DNA of 64,000 nt from positions 3,865 to 67,864 of the forward strand of contig JAFEFC010000029.1 of the NCBI GenBank assembly GCA_018240785.1. Direction: 5' to 3'. This stretch comes from Pseudomonadota bacterium (GTDB lineage: Bacteria; Pseudomonadota; Gammaproteobacteria; Burkholderiales; Rhodocyclaceae). How positions within the stretch are numbered: position 1 is the first letter of the stretch; the number at the start of each line of letters is the position of its first letter. The notes beneath the pieces are model-generated. The model was not told the DNA's origin. It searched no databases and saw only the letters and a program-made list of their open reading frames with translations. Positions 48,276 through 58,798 of the stretch are shown here, piece by piece. Position numbers and translations under genes: made by a program.

Positions 48276-48386
48276 GCGTCAAACCCGCGTCAAACCGCGG
48301 CTGCACGACGTCGCACCCGGCTGGTGCGCACCATCTCGGCCATCCGCGCATCATTGCGGTGCATGCGGCATGCGCGAGCCGCTCGA

Positions 48387-49328
48387 TCACCTTTCGCGGG
48401 CGGCGTGCTGCGGCAGGGCGCCGCTCCCGACCGGTGTCACCGTGACCGCCACCTCCACACGGTGCCCGCCACCGCCGAGGATGACGCCGCGCAACGGACA
48501 CACATCGCCATAGTCGCGCCCCCACGCCAGCGTGACGTGAGCACCGTCGGGGCGCATGTCGTTGGTGGGATCGACATCCACCCACCCCACCCCGGGGCAC
48601 CAGGCGGCCACCCAGGCATGCGAGGCATCGGCGCCGATCAGCCGCGGCTGGCCGGGCGGCGGTTCGGTAAGCAGGTAGCCCGACACATAGCGCGCAGCCA
48701 GACCGATCGCACGCAGGCAGGCGATCATCAGGTGCGAAAAGTCCTGGCACACGCCGCAGCGGCGTTCGAACACTTCGGCGACCGGCGTCGCCACGCTGGT
48801 GGCCGCCGGATCGAAACGGAAATCGGCATGGATGCGCGAGGCCAGATCCAGCAGGGCCTCGACCATCGGTCGGCCCGGGCGGAAGCTCCTGAGCGCGTAG
48901 TCGCCAAGGCGCGCGGACGGGTCGCCGAGGGGGATGAAGGGCGAGGCAAAGCGGTACTGCCCGGCATCGCGCGCATCGTCCTGCAGCGGCGCGTGCCCCG
49001 ACAGCCCTTTGCGCAGGTGCTCGCGCGCCAGCTCCCAGGGCGCGCTGCCCGCGCGCTCGGGCCATGTTGATGGCTTTACCCTGACCCGCGAGCGCGCATG
49101 CACCGCCAGCGTGTCGTGCGGCGCCTGCAGGCTGAAGGCGGTCACCGGGTTGCCGAAGAAGTCGATGCGCTCGCGCCGCCGTCCCTCGCCGGGCTCGATC
49201 GTCAGCGTGTGCGCCAGGCAGTGCTGGCCGACGCAGTCGCGGGGTCGCAGGTGGGCGAGTTGCTGCGACAGCAGCACCGCGCTGTCGTAGCGGTAGATGG
49301 TGTCGTGCGCGATGTCGTAGAGGGGCAT
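48387..49328 (-). CDS. transglutaminase family protein (COG1305)
   Basis: 313 aa from MPLYDIAHDTIYRYD (Bact_transglu_N-like). Catalytic core GVCQDFSHL..ASHAWVAAW..VDVDPTN (Cys-His-Asp). GGAGAG RBS. Confidence 0.85.
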   Translation of the reverse strand: MPLYDIAHDTIYRYDSAVLLSQQLAHLRPRDCVGQHCLAHTLTIEPGEGRRRERIDFFGNPVTAFSLQAPHDTLAVHARSRVRVKPSTWPERAGSAPWELAREHLRKGLSGHAPLQDDARDAGQYRFASPFIPLGDPSARLGDYALRSFRPGRPMVEALLDLASRIHADFRFDPAATSVATPVAEVFERRCGVCQDFSHLMIACLRAIGLAARYVSGYLLTEPPPGQPRLIGADASHAWVAAWCPGVGWVDVDPTNDMRPDGAHVTLAWGRDYGDVCPLRGVILGGGGHRVEVAVTVTPVGSGALPQHAARER

Positions 49329-49347
49329 TCCGGACTCTCCTGCACGC

Positions 49348-52011
49348 TCACCGCGAAGCGGTCGCCTGGCTGCGGGTGTCCAGATGGGTGAAGTAGCGCT
49401 GCGACAAGACATCCGCAAGCCGGTTGCCGCACGCCCAGGTGTCTGCGAGCACCTGTTGCAGGGGCTCGCAATGGCCGCCGGTCGCGCCCGCTTTCGCCCC
49501 GCCTTGTTTCGCCCCGGCCAGCTCGCGGACGAGGCAGTCGCACAGCGACAGCGAACTCAGCGCCTCGAGCTGATGCTGCAGCGGCGCCGCCAGCCCGGCA
49601 CCGCCCGGCAATGCCGCGGCGTGCTCGATGAGCGACTCGAGCTGATAGCGCAGCGCCCGCGGATTGTCGCCATCGAGCATGACCATTTCAGCCACCGGCT
49701 GCGGCGCCAGCCCGCGCGCATGCCGGCTGCGATAACGCAGTTCGGCATCGGTGACAGCCAGCAGCGCCTGCAGCGCACCGGTGCCGGGGGTCGGCAGCAA
49801 GGCCGCCAGTGCCGCGGCAAGGAACTGCAGCCGCTCGACGCGCCGGCCGATCGACAGGAAGCGCCATGCCGCGTCGCGCGGCATGCTCTCGATGACGAAG
49901 CCCGACAGGGTGACCAGCGACAGCATCGCTTCGTCCAGCCGGTCCAGTGCGTCGCCGAGGCAGGAAGTGCTGTCGGCCAACGCGGCGAATTCGGACAGGC
50001 GGTTGTAGATGCGCCAGCTATCGGGCGACAGGCGGTCGCGCACCTGGCCGGCCAGGCGCAGCACCTGGCGCAGATTGGCGGCGACCCCGCCACAGGCCGG
50101 ATCGAACAATGCGTGCGCGAAATTCTCGGCGGGCGCGAGCGCGCGCAACGGCGGCGACGCTGCTGCGTCCGCTGGCGTCAGCACGATGCCGATGCGCCGG
50201 CACAGCCCGAGCAAGGACGCCAGCGTCGGATCACGCTCCGCCGCGGCAGCCGCCAGCGCCATCGCGCCGGGCGACAGTCGGCTGTCCGGCTCCGCAGCCT
50301 CGGCCGGCGCGGAATCGGCGCCACCGGCCAGGCCCCCCAGGCGCGCCAGGGTCTCGCGGCCCAGGCGCACGGCGGTATCCGCGCGCTCACTGTAGCGCCC
50401 CAGCCAGAAGAAGTTCTCCGCCACCCGGCTCGACAGGCTGAGCGCCCGCGCCCGCCGCTCGGGAGGCGCAATCAGCCCGGGGACGATGCGCGCCGCGGCG
50501 CGCGGCGGCACCCGCTCACTCAGCACCCACGCGTCCTTGCTGCCACCACCATGCTGCATGGACACGATGCGGGTGTCGGGACCGGAGGCGACGCGGGTGA
50601 GGCCACCCGGCATGGCGCGAAAGCCGTCGGGGCTCGCGGCGACGAAAACGCGCAAGCCGATGTTGCGCGCCATCAGGCTGGCGGATGCATCCTCGGTCGC
50701 CAGCACCGGCGCCTGCGAGATGTTCACCATCTCCTGCGCGACGAAGTCGAAGGGCCGTGCCACGATGCTCGCCGCCAGCGCATCCAGCTCCTCCGCCGGC
50801 AGGTCGCGGCAGAACACGGGGCGCTGCCCCAGCGTCGGATAGGCGGGCTTCAGCACCAGTTCGCGCAGGTGCTTCAAGGCATAGTCGCAGGCGGCCGGCT
50901 CGCCGCACCACCAGGTCGCGACCGAGGGCATCTTCAGGTTCTGCCCCAGCAGATGCTCCGCCAGGCGCGGCAGGTAGCCCAGCAACGCCCCCGTCTCGAG
51001 GATGCCGCTGCCCAGCGCGTTGGCCACCGTGACCCTGCCCGCGCGCACCGCCGCCACCAGCCCGGCCACGCCCAGCGCCGAGTCGTCGCGCAGCTCCAGC
51101 GGATCGCACCAACTGTCGTCCACCCGGCGCAGGATCACATGCACCCGGCGCAGCCCGTCCAGCGTGCGCAGGAAGACTTTCTCGTCGCGCACCGTCAGGT
51201 CCTGGCCTTCGACCAGCGGAAAACCCATCTCGCGCGCGAGGAAGGCGTGTTCGAAGTAGGTCTCGTTGTAGGGACCCGGCGTGAGGACGACGATCAGCGG
51301 CTCGTCGCCGCCCTCCGCGGCGTCGGCCGGGGCCAGCGCCGCGAGGCTGTCGCGGAAGCCCTCGAAGAAGGGCACCAGCGGCTGCACGCCGGCTGCGCGA
51401 TACAGCTCGGGCAGCGCGCGCGCCACCACGCCACGGTTTTCCAGCGCATAACCGGCGCCCGAAGGTGCCTGCGTGCGGTCGGCCACCACCCACCAGCGGC
51501 CGTCGGGCGAGCGCGCCAGGTCGACCGCATACAGGTGCAGGAACAGGTCACCCGGCTGCTTCGCGCCCACCAGCGGGCGCAGGAAGCCGCTGTGGCCGTA
51601 GATCAGCGCAGGCGGAATCAGGCCTTGCTGCAGCAGCGTCTGCTCACCGTAGAGGTCGGCGAGGATGCGGTTGAACAACGTCGCGCGCTGGATCACCGCC
51701 GCCTCGATCTGCGCCCATTCGGCCGCCGACAGGATGTAGGGCAGCAGGTCGAGCTCCCACGGCCGCTCGAAGCCGCGCGGGTCGGCATACACGTTGTAGG
51801 TGATGCCGTTCTCGTGGATCTGGCGCCGCAGCGTCGACAGCCGCGCCGCCAGCTCGCCCGGTGACAGCGCCGCCAGGCCGCGGAAGAACTCGCGCCAGTG
51901 CGGCCGCACCACGATGACGCTGCCGATGCGCTGGCACAGCTCGTCGTAGCGATCCGGCCGTGCCGCGTAGGCGGCGAGCAGTTCGGGCGGGCTCTGCAAC
52001 TGGACCTGCAT
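49348..52011 (-). CDS. fused circularly permuted ATP-grasp + alpha-E domain protein
   Basis: 887 aa. The N-terminal half parallels the 481-aa ATP-grasp protein (GITYNVYAD..WELDLLPYIL..GGGSKDAWVL). The C-terminal half begins SRVAENFFWLGRYSERADTAVRL, an alpha-E hallmark. Confidence 0.85.
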   Translation of the reverse strand: MQVQLQSPPELLAAYAARPDRYDELCQRIGSVIVVRPHWREFFRGLAALSPGELAARLSTLRRQIHENGITYNVYADPRGFERPWELDLLPYILSAAEWAQIEAAVIQRATLFNRILADLYGEQTLLQQGLIPPALIYGHSGFLRPLVGAKQPGDLFLHLYAVDLARSPDGRWWVVADRTQAPSGAGYALENRGVVARALPELYRAAGVQPLVPFFEGFRDSLAALAPADAAEGGDEPLIVVLTPGPYNETYFEHAFLAREMGFPLVEGQDLTVRDEKVFLRTLDGLRRVHVILRRVDDSWCDPLELRDDSALGVAGLVAAVRAGRVTVANALGSGILETGALLGYLPRLAEHLLGQNLKMPSVATWWCGEPAACDYALKHLRELVLKPAYPTLGQRPVFCRDLPAEELDALAASIVARPFDFVAQEMVNISQAPVLATEDASASLMARNIGLRVFVAASPDGFRAMPGGLTRVASGPDTRIVSMQHGGGSKDAWVLSERVPPRAAARIVPGLIAPPERRARALSLSSRVAENFFWLGRYSERADTAVRLGRETLARLGGLAGGADSAPAEAAEPDSRLSPGAMALAAAAAERDPTLASLLGLCRRIGIVLTPADAAASPPLRALAPAENFAHALFDPACGGVAANLRQVLRLAGQVRDRLSPDSWRIYNRLSEFAALADSTSCLGDALDRLDEAMLSLVTLSGFVIESMPRDAAWRFLSIGRRVERLQFLAAALAALLPTPGTGALQALLAVTDAELRYRSRHARGLAPQPVAEMVMLDGDNPRALRYQLESLIEHAAALPGGAGLAAPLQHQLEALSSLSLCDCLVRELAGAKQGGAKAGATGGHCEPLQQVLADTWACGNRLADVLSQRYFTHLDTRSQATASR

Positions 52012-52017
52012 CGTGCA

Positions 52018-55000
52018 TCACCCCTGCCGGCGCAGGTCGAGAGTGAAGGGGAAGTCGGCGTTGCGCTCGGCCGCCGCCGGCGCGATGCGGCCCGGCGTGT
52101 GGCCGGTGGTGGTGAAGCGCGCCAGGCGCCGGCCTTCCGCTTCGTACGGGTTGACCGGGTAGGTCTCGTAGTTGCGCCCGCCCGGATGCGCCACGTGATA
52201 CACGCAGCCGCCCATCGAGCGTTGCATCCAGCCGTCGACCAGGTCGAACACCAGCGGCGCATGCACGCCGATCGTCGGATGCAGGCAGGACGGCGGCTGC
52301 CAGGCGCGGTAGCGCACGCCGGCAACGAACTCGCCGACCACGCCGGTCGGCTGCAGCGGCACGGCGCGGCCGTTGCAGGTGAGCACATGGCGATCGTCAT
52401 TGAGGCCGCTGACCTTCACCTGCACGCGCTCCACCGAGGAATCGACATAGCGTACGGTACCACCGGGCGCGCCCTCCTCGCCCATCACATGCCAGGGCTC
52501 GAGCGCCATGCGCAGCTCGACATCGACGCCGCGCGCGGCGAACTCGCCGTACTTGGGGAAGCGGAACTCGAAGTGCGGCGCGAACCAGTCGAACTCCATC
52601 GGATAGCCGAATTCGCGCAGCTCGGTGACGACGTCACGGAAATCTTCCGCCACCCAGTGCGGCAACAGGAAGCGATCGTGCAGCTCGGTGCCCCAGCGCC
52701 GCAGGCGGCCGGGCGCGTAGGGCTGCTGCCAGAAGCGCGCGATCAGCGCGCGCAGCAGCAGTTGCTGGGCGAGGCTCATGCGCGCGTGCGGCGGCATCTC
52801 GAAGGCGCGCAGCTCGAGCAGGCCCAGCCGCCCGGTGGCGCTGTCCGGGCTGTACAGCTTGTCGATGCAGAACTCCGAGCGGTGCGTGTTGCCGCTGGCG
52901 TCGATGAGCAGGTTGCGCAGCAGGCGGTCGATGAGCCACGGCGGGACATGCGTGCCGCTCAGTTGTGGATCAACCTCGGGGAGCTGCTGGAAGGCGAGTT
53001 CCAGCTCGTGCACCGAGTCGTGGCGTGCCTCATCCACCCGCGGCGCCTGCGAGGTCGGGCCGATGAACAGCCCCGAGAACAGGTAGGACAGGCTGGGGTG
53101 GTTGTGCCAGTAGCTCACCAGGCTGCGCAGCAGGTCGGGACGACGCAGGAAGGGCGAGTCGCCCGGCGTGGCGCCACCGAGCACGAAGTGGTTGCCGCCG
53201 CCGGTACCGGTGTGGCGGCCGTCGAGCATGAACTTCTCGGTCGACAGGCGCGACTGGTGGGCCTCCTCGTACAGCGTGGACGTGCGCTCGACGAGCTCGT
53301 CCCAGTTGGCCGCGGGGTGGATGTTCACCTCGATCACGCCCGGGTCGGGCGTGATGCGGAAGTGCGCAAGGCGCGGATCGGGCGGCGGCTCGTAGCCTTC
53401 GAGCACCACGGGAAGCTTGAACTCCGCCGCGGTGTCCTCGACCGCGGTGACGATCTCGAGGTAGTCCTCCAGCGCCGCCGTCGGCGGCATGAAGAGGTAG
53501 AGCAGGCCGCCGCGCGGTTCGGCGCACATCGCGCTGCGGGTGATCCAGGCGGCGGATTCGAAAGGCTGCGGCAGGCGCGTGGGATCGATGCGCTCGTCGC
53601 GCGTCGCCAGCCCGGCTTGCGCCGCGCCGGGCAGCGGCACTGCCGCCTCGCCCTGCGCACCGTGGAAGCCGGCATGCTCGGCGCGGCCGGGAGTCCAGCC
53701 GCCGCCGCGGGCCTCGAAGCCGAGTCCGCTGTCGGCGCCGACGGTGGCACCGCCCGCAGCGCCCGTCGGCCGCAACTGCTGACGCAGCTCCGCGTGCGCC
53801 GGCAGCGCGGGAAAGCCCTGGTTGGGATCGGCGTGGTGGATCCAGGGGAAATCGCCTTTCCCCACCCAGGGTTGGGAGTCCAGCGGCAGGCGGTAGCCGA
53901 TGGGCGAATCGCCAGGGATCAGGTACAGGCGCTCGCTGCGCAGGAACCACGGGCCGCTCTGCCAGCGACAGGCCCCCGCGTGGTTGCGCACGATCGGCAG
54001 CACATGGCCGATGACCTGCTTCAGGCCCTGGTCGAAGATCTTGGCGAGCCGCGCGCGTTCGAGCGGATCGTCCACGCGCGAGTCGTGCGGATCGACGTTG
54101 GTCGGCAGCCGGCGCTCGCGCCACAGGTAGTACCAGGCATCCTCGAAGGCCGGCATCATCCATTGCGGGTCGAGCCCCAGGCGTTCACCGACGCGCGCAA
54201 GGAAGCGCGCCGCCATGGCTTCGTCCACCGCGGTGCCAGAGAGCTCGCGCGCGAACAGCTCGGGTTTACGCCAGATCGGCTCGCCGTCGCGGCGCCAGTA
54301 GCAGTTGAGCGACCAGCGCGGCAACTGTTCGCCCGGATACCACTTGCCCTGGCCGAAATGCAGCAGGCCCTGTGGCGCGTAATGATCCTTCAGGCGGAAC
54401 ATCAGGTTCTCGGCCAGCGTGCGCTTGCTCGGCTTGCTGGCATCGCGGTGCTGCGGGTCGAGGGCGTCACTGTTCCAGGCCGCGCCGTCGCGGTCGTCGA
54501 GCGACACGAAGGTGGGCTCGCCGCCCTGCGTGAGGCGCACGTCGTGGGTCGTCAGGTCGCCATCGATAAGGTGGCCGAGGGCCTCGATCGCCGCCCACTG
54601 CTCGTCGGTGTAGGGCTTGGTGACGCGCGGCGCCTCCCACACCCGCTCGACCTTCATGTGGTGCTCGAACTCGCATTCGCATTCGTCGGTGAAGCCGGTG
54701 ATCGGCGCCGCCGACGAGGGCTCGGGCGAGCAGGCGAGCGGAATGTGGCCTTCGCCGGCGAAGAGGCCCGAGGTCGGATCCAGTCCCACCCAGCCTGCGC
54801 CGGGCAGGTACACCTCGCACCAGGCGTGCAGGTCGGTGAAGTCCACCTCGGTGCCGGAAGGGCCGTCGAGCGACTTCACGTCGGGCACGAGCTGGATCAG
54901 GTAGCCCGACACGAAGCGCGCCGCCAGGCCGAGGTGACGCAGCAACTGCACCAGCAGCCAGGCCGAGTCGCGGCAGGAGCCGCTCGCCAGCGCCAACGTC

Positions 55001-55521
55001 TCTTCCGGCGTCTGCACGCCGGGCTCGAGCCGCACCAGGTAGCGGATGTCCTGCTGCAGGCGCTGGTTGAGCGCGACGAGGAAATCGACGCTGGCTTTCG
55101 GTTCGCGCGGGATGGATTCGAGGTAGTCGATGAACTTCGGCCCGAGCGCGGCGGCCGGCGCCTTCACCAGATAGGGTGCCAGTTCGACGCTCAGGTCGTC
55201 CGCATAGGCGAAGGGAATCGACTCCGCCACCGGCTCGAGGAAGAAGTCGAAGGGGTTGATGACCGACATCTCGGCCACCAGGTCGACCTCGATGCGCAGC
55301 TCGGTGGCCTTGTCGGGGAAGACCAGGCGTGCGAGGTAGTTCGACTGCGGGTCCTGCTGCCAGTTGATGAAGTGGCCGACGGGCTCGACCTTCAGCGAAT
55401 AGGCATGGATCGGCGTGCGCGAGTGCGGCGCCGGGCGCAGGCGCACCACCTGCGGCGACAGGCTCACCGGCCGGTCGTAACGGTAATGGGTGACGTGATT
55501 CAGCTTGACGTGTATCGACAC
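52018..55521 (-). CDS. large transglutaminase-like protein (N-terminal TGase core + DUF2126-type C-terminal region)
   Basis: GTG start at 55521 gives [19 protein letters not shown] (GAGG RBS 8 nt upstream). TGase core [33 protein letters not shown]. About 1,167 aa. The ORF-track N-terminal 77 aa have no support. Confidence 0.8.
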   Translation of the reverse strand: MSIHVKLNHVTHYRYDRPVSLSPQVVRLRPAPHSRTPIHAYSLKVEPVGHFINWQQDPQSNYLARLVFPDKATELRIEVDLVAEMSVINPFDFFLEPVAESIPFAYADDLSVELAPYLVKAPAAALGPKFIDYLESIPREPKASVDFLVALNQRLQQDIRYLVRLEPGVQTPEETLALASGSCRDSAWLLVQLLRHLGLAARFVSGYLIQLVPDVKSLDGPSGTEVDFTDLHAWCEVYLPGAGWVGLDPTSGLFAGEGHIPLACSPEPSSAAPITGFTDECECEFEHHMKVERVWEAPRVTKPYTDEQWAAIEALGHLIDGDLTTHDVRLTQGGEPTFVSLDDRDGAAWNSDALDPQHRDASKPSKRTLAENLMFRLKDHYAPQGLLHFGQGKWYPGEQLPRWSLNCYWRRDGEPIWRKPELFARELSGTAVDEAMAARFLARVGERLGLDPQWMMPAFEDAWYYLWRERRLPTNVDPHDSRVDDPLERARLAKIFDQGLKQVIGHVLPIVRNHAGACRWQSGPWFLRSERLYLIPGDSPIGYRLPLDSQPWVGKGDFPWIHHADPNQGFPALPAHAELRQQLRPTGAAGGATVGADSGLGFEARGGGWTPGRAEHAGFHGAQGEAAVPLPGAAQAGLATRDERIDPTRLPQPFESAAWITRSAMCAEPRGGLLYLFMPPTAALEDYLEIVTAVEDTAAEFKLPVVLEGYEPPPDPRLAHFRITPDPGVIEVNIHPAANWDELVERTSTLYEEAHQSRLSTEKFMLDGRHTGTGGGNHFVLGGATPGDSPFLRRPDLLRSLVSYWHNHPSLSYLFSGLFIGPTSQAPRVDEARHDSVHELELAFQQLPEVDPQLSGTHVPPWLIDRLLRNLLIDASGNTHRSEFCIDKLYSPDSATGRLGLLELRAFEMPPHARMSLAQQLLLRALIARFWQQPYAPGRLRRWGTELHDRFLLPHWVAEDFRDVVTELREFGYPMEFDWFAPHFEFRFPKYGEFAARGVDVELRMALEPWHVMGEEGAPGGTVRYVDSSVERVQVKVSGLNDDRHVLTCNGRAVPLQPTGVVGEFVAGVRYRAWQPPSCLHPTIGVHAPLVFDLVDGWMQRSMGGCVYHVAHPGGRNYETYPVNPYEAEGRRLARFTTTGHTPGRIAPAAAERNADFPFTLDLRRQG

Positions 55522-55887
55522 GGGGACGCCTCGTGATTTTTCGGACTGAGTGACGCACTGCTTCGCAAGAAACGTGCAATCCCTGCATCCGAGCTGAAAA
55601 CAAGGGAGATGCACGGTTTCCGGACTCGCCCCGGCCGCGGCGATGCACCAGGACAGTGCGCGAAGCCTTGCGCGTGCATCCGGATGGCGCCAGGCAGCAC
55701 GAGCGCCTCCGCATCGCGGCTGTCGCCGCTCCCACAGGAAAAGCCCCGGCACACCGCATACCCGGGTGGGAGCGGACCTGGCCGCGATGCGGCGCAGCCG
55801 CCCTCAAACTCCCATCGCGGCCGTCGGCTGCACAGACCGGGCCGCAGCGTGCGGCGCTGCCGTTACACTTGGCCCTCCTGCAGCTCG

Positions 55888-57018
55888 ATGCTGCGCCTCC
55901 GTTCCCTCTGCATGCCCACGACGACGCGCCCGGCTTCGGCCTTGCCGCGCAACCTCGCCCTCGCCTATGCGCTGCTCATCGCCTACGCCTCCCTGCATCC
56001 TTTCGCAGGCTGGAAAGCGAGCGGACTGCCGGTGTTCGACTTCCTGGTGGCACCGTGGCCGAAGTACTTCGTCCTTGCCGACCTGGTGTTCAACGTCCTG
56101 GGCTACCTCCCGCTGGGCTTCCTGCTGGTCGCTGCCCTGCCCGGCAAATGGGCGGCCGGGCGCAGCATCTTCGTCGCGACGCTGGCCGCCGGCCTGCTGA
56201 GCCTGTTCCTGGAGACGGCACAGAACTTCCTGCCGTCGCGCGTCGCCAGCAATGTGGATCTGGGTGGCAACACGGCGGGTGCCCTGCTCGGCGCACTGCC
56301 GGGCGTGCGCTGGGGGCGCAGCCTGTTCGGCCTCGATGGCCGGGCGCGGCGCTGGCGCACGCGTTACGTCATCGGCGGCAACACCGGCGACGCGGGGCTG
56401 GTGCTCGTCGGCCTGTGGCTGCTGAGCCAGCTCACCGCGACCGACCTGCTGTTCGCCAGCGGCGACGTGCGCAACCTGCTCGGCATCGCCGCGCCGCTGC
56501 CCTTCAGTGCCGAGCGGTTCATGGCCTTCGACATGGCGCTGACCACGCTGTCGGTGCTGGCGATCGGGCTGTTCGCGCGCTGCATGATGCGCCACACCAC
56601 CGTGTGGCCCCTGGTGCTGGTGCTGCTGCTCGGCGTCGGCGCCAAGACGCTGGCCACCGCCACCTTCTTCGTGCCCGGGGCACCGCTGGCCTGGCTCACG
56701 CCGGGGACCGGACGCGGCCTGCTGCTGGGCGGCGCGCTGCTGGCCGGGGCGCTGATGCTGCCGCGCGTACTGCAGCACGCCATCGCGGGCATGACGCTGC
56801 TGGCCAGCACCGCGCTGGTCAACCTGATGCCGGAGAACCCCTACGTGGTGTATGAGCAGCGCCTGACGAACTTCAGCAACTTCCTCAACTTCCACGGGCT
56901 GACCCAGCTCACTGACAGCCTGTGGCCGTTCTTCGCCCTGGCCTACCTGTCCGCCGTGGGCCTGTGGCGTGGCGAGCACCTGAGCGGCCGCCCGGATTCG
57001 CGCGAGCGGCGTCTATAA
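55888..57018 (+). CDS. VanZ family membrane protein
   Basis: LAYALLIAYASLHPF..DLVFNVLGYLPLGFLL..ETAQNFLPSRVASNVDLGGNTAGALLG is a VanZ-like core, followed by additional TM helices. The start is ambiguous between ATG 55888 and ATG 55912. Confidence 0.65.
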   Translation: MLRLRSLCMPTTTRPASALPRNLALAYALLIAYASLHPFAGWKASGLPVFDFLVAPWPKYFVLADLVFNVLGYLPLGFLLVAALPGKWAAGRSIFVATLAAGLLSLFLETAQNFLPSRVASNVDLGGNTAGALLGALPGVRWGRSLFGLDGRARRWRTRYVIGGNTGDAGLVLVGLWLLSQLTATDLLFASGDVRNLLGIAAPLPFSAERFMAFDMALTTLSVLAIGLFARCMMRHTTVWPLVLVLLLGVGAKTLATATFFVPGAPLAWLTPGTGRGLLLGGALLAGALMLPRVLQHAIAGMTLLASTALVNLMPENPYVVYEQRLTNFSNFLNFHGLTQLTDSLWPFFALAYLSAVGLWRGEHLSGRPDSRERRL

Positions 57019-57134
57019 TCCGCTGCACCAAATCAGGACCCGGCCGCCACGCCGGGGCGGCAACGCACCACCACCCGACTGCCGCGCAGGCGCCGCCCGC
57101 GAACATGGCGCCCGCGCATCGAGACGAACCCGCG

Positions 57135-57458
57135 ATGAGCTATTTCAAACACCACGTCTTCTTCTGCTGCAATCAGCGCCAGAGCGGCGAGAGCTGCTGC
57201 AACGACCACGGCGCCAGCGCGCTGCAGACCTATGCCAAGGAGCGCACCGCCGCGCTCGGCCTGAAGGGCAAGGGCAGCGTGCGCATCAACAAGGCCGGCT
57301 GCCTGGGCCGCTGCGACGAGGGGCCGGTGCTGGTCGTCTATCCCGACAACGTCTGGTACACCTATGTCGACAAGGACGACGTCGACGACATCATCGACAC
57401 CCATCTGGTGCAGGGCCGCATCGTCGACCGGCTGCGCCTGCCGGAGGACGCCGTATGA
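57135..57458 (+). CDS. (2Fe-2S) ferredoxin domain-containing protein (thioredoxin-like ferredoxin)
   Basis: 107 aa. HHVFFCCNQR..SCCNDHG..GCLGRCDEGPVLVVYPD is a Cys pattern typical of this family. Confidence 0.75.
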   Translation: MSYFKHHVFFCCNQRQSGESCCNDHGASALQTYAKERTAALGLKGKGSVRINKAGCLGRCDEGPVLVVYPDNVWYTYVDKDDVDDIIDTHLVQGRIVDRLRLPEDAV

Positions 57459-58114
57459 GCCGCCCGCTGCCCACCGAATCCGCGCTGCTGCGCGGCCAGG
57501 CCGGCAACATCGAAGTGCTGATCGACGCGCCGGGAGAGGTGCGCGGCATCGCGCTGGTGTGCCACCCGCATCCGCTGTTCGGCGGCGCCAACACCAACAA
57601 GGTGGCGCACACGCTGGCGCGCAGCTTCCGCGACCTCGGCTATGTGGCGCTCCGGCCCAACTTCCGCGGCGTGGGCAAGAGCGAAGGCGAGCACGACGCC
57701 GGCAACGGCGAAACCGAGGACATGCTGTCGGTGATCAGTTGGGCGCAGTCGCGCTGGGGCGTGTCGCCGCTGGCGCTGGGCGGCTTCTCGTTCGGCGGCT
57801 TCGTGCAGACGCGGGTGGCGAACCGCCTCGCCGACGGCATCGCGCCGCCGCGCCAGCTCGTGCTGGTGGGCATGGCGGCCGGGATGGCGGCCGATGGCGC
57901 GCGCCACTACGACACGCCGCCGGTGCCCAAGTCCATCCCGACGCTGGTCATCCACGGCGAGAACGACGAGACCGTCGCGCTCACCAACGTGCTCGACTGG
58001 GCGCGCCCGCAGGAGCTGCCGGTGACGGTGGTGCCGGGCGCGGACCATTTCTTCCATGCCCGCCTGCACGTGATCCGCGACATCATCGCGCGCAACCTTC
58101 CGCCGCTGGCCTGA
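57455..58114 (+). CDS. alpha/beta hydrolase (COG2945-like)
   Basis: 219 aa. Overlaps the upstream stop (ATGA). ALVCHPHPLFGG..LGGFSFGG (GxSxG) ..LVIHGENDE..ADHFF. Confidence 0.7.
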   Translation: MSRPLPTESALLRGQAGNIEVLIDAPGEVRGIALVCHPHPLFGGANTNKVAHTLARSFRDLGYVALRPNFRGVGKSEGEHDAGNGETEDMLSVISWAQSRWGVSPLALGGFSFGGFVQTRVANRLADGIAPPRQLVLVGMAAGMAADGARHYDTPPVPKSIPTLVIHGENDETVALTNVLDWARPQELPVTVVPGADHFFHARLHVIRDIIARNLPPLA

Positions 58115-58158
58115 AGGCCTGGCGCCGCCGACGCTGCCACCCGCCGCAGGAGACCCCG

Positions 58159-58770
58159 ATGAAGCTCTTCGCCTCGCTCACCAGCCCCTACGCCCGCAAG
58201 ATCCGCGTCATCCTCGCGGAGAAGGCGCTGCCCTTCGAACTGGTGGTCGATTCGCCCTGGGAGGCGAACACCCGGGTGCCGACAATCAACCCGCTCGGCA
58301 AGGTGCCGGCGCTGGTCACCGACGCCGGCGACATCTTCTTCGATTCGCCGGTGATCGCCGGCTACCTCGAAACGCTGGACGCGGCGCCGCGGCTGCTGCC
58401 CGCCGACGCGCTGGCAGCCGTGCGGGTGCGGCAGAACGAGGCGCTGGCCGACGGCATCACCGATGCGGCAGTCGCCGCGCTGCTCGAGTCGCGCCGCCCC
58501 GATGGCGAGCGCAGCGAGCGCGAGATCGCGCGCCAGCTCGAGAAGGTGGAGCGCGCCGTGGTCGAACTCGAGCGCCGCGCCACCGACCGTGACTGGCTCG
58601 ATGGCGACCGCATGCAACTGGGCGACGTCGCCGCGGGCTGCGCACTGGGCTACCTCGACCTGCGCTTCCCGAAGATCGACTGGCGCGGCCGCCATCCGGC
58701 GCTGGCCGCGCTGGCAGCAAGACTGTTCGCCCGCCCGAGCTTCGCCGCCACCGTTCCGCCGGCGGGCTGA
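58159..58770 (+). CDS. glutathione S-transferase family protein
   Basis: AGGAGA RBS. MKLFASLTSPYARKIRVIL..NPLGKVPALV..FDSPVIAGYL is a GST N-terminal thioredoxin-like fold, followed by a helical C-terminal domain. Confidence 0.8.
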   Translation: MKLFASLTSPYARKIRVILAEKALPFELVVDSPWEANTRVPTINPLGKVPALVTDAGDIFFDSPVIAGYLETLDAAPRLLPADALAAVRVRQNEALADGITDAAVAALLESRRPDGERSEREIARQLEKVERAVVELERRATDRDWLDGDRMQLGDVAAGCALGYLDLRFPKIDWRGRHPALAALAARLFARPSFAATVPPAG

Positions 58771-58798
58771 ACGGCCGGCGCACACAGGAGAATCACGC

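Noticed and set aside
51898-55536. 1,212-aa plus-strand ORF antisense to the large transglutaminase-like gene
   Set aside because: Same shadow-ORF signature (Arg/Ala/Gly/Val/His-rich, no motifs). The opposite strand encodes a protein with clear TGase catalytic blocks.
55564-55579. Sigma-54-like site (minus strand TTGCACGTTTCTTGCG) upstream of the first gene of the TGase/ATP-grasp cluster
   Set aside because: It has TG instead of the essentially invariant GG at -24, so I do not call it a promoter. It is mentioned only because it resembles the better site at 48260-48275.
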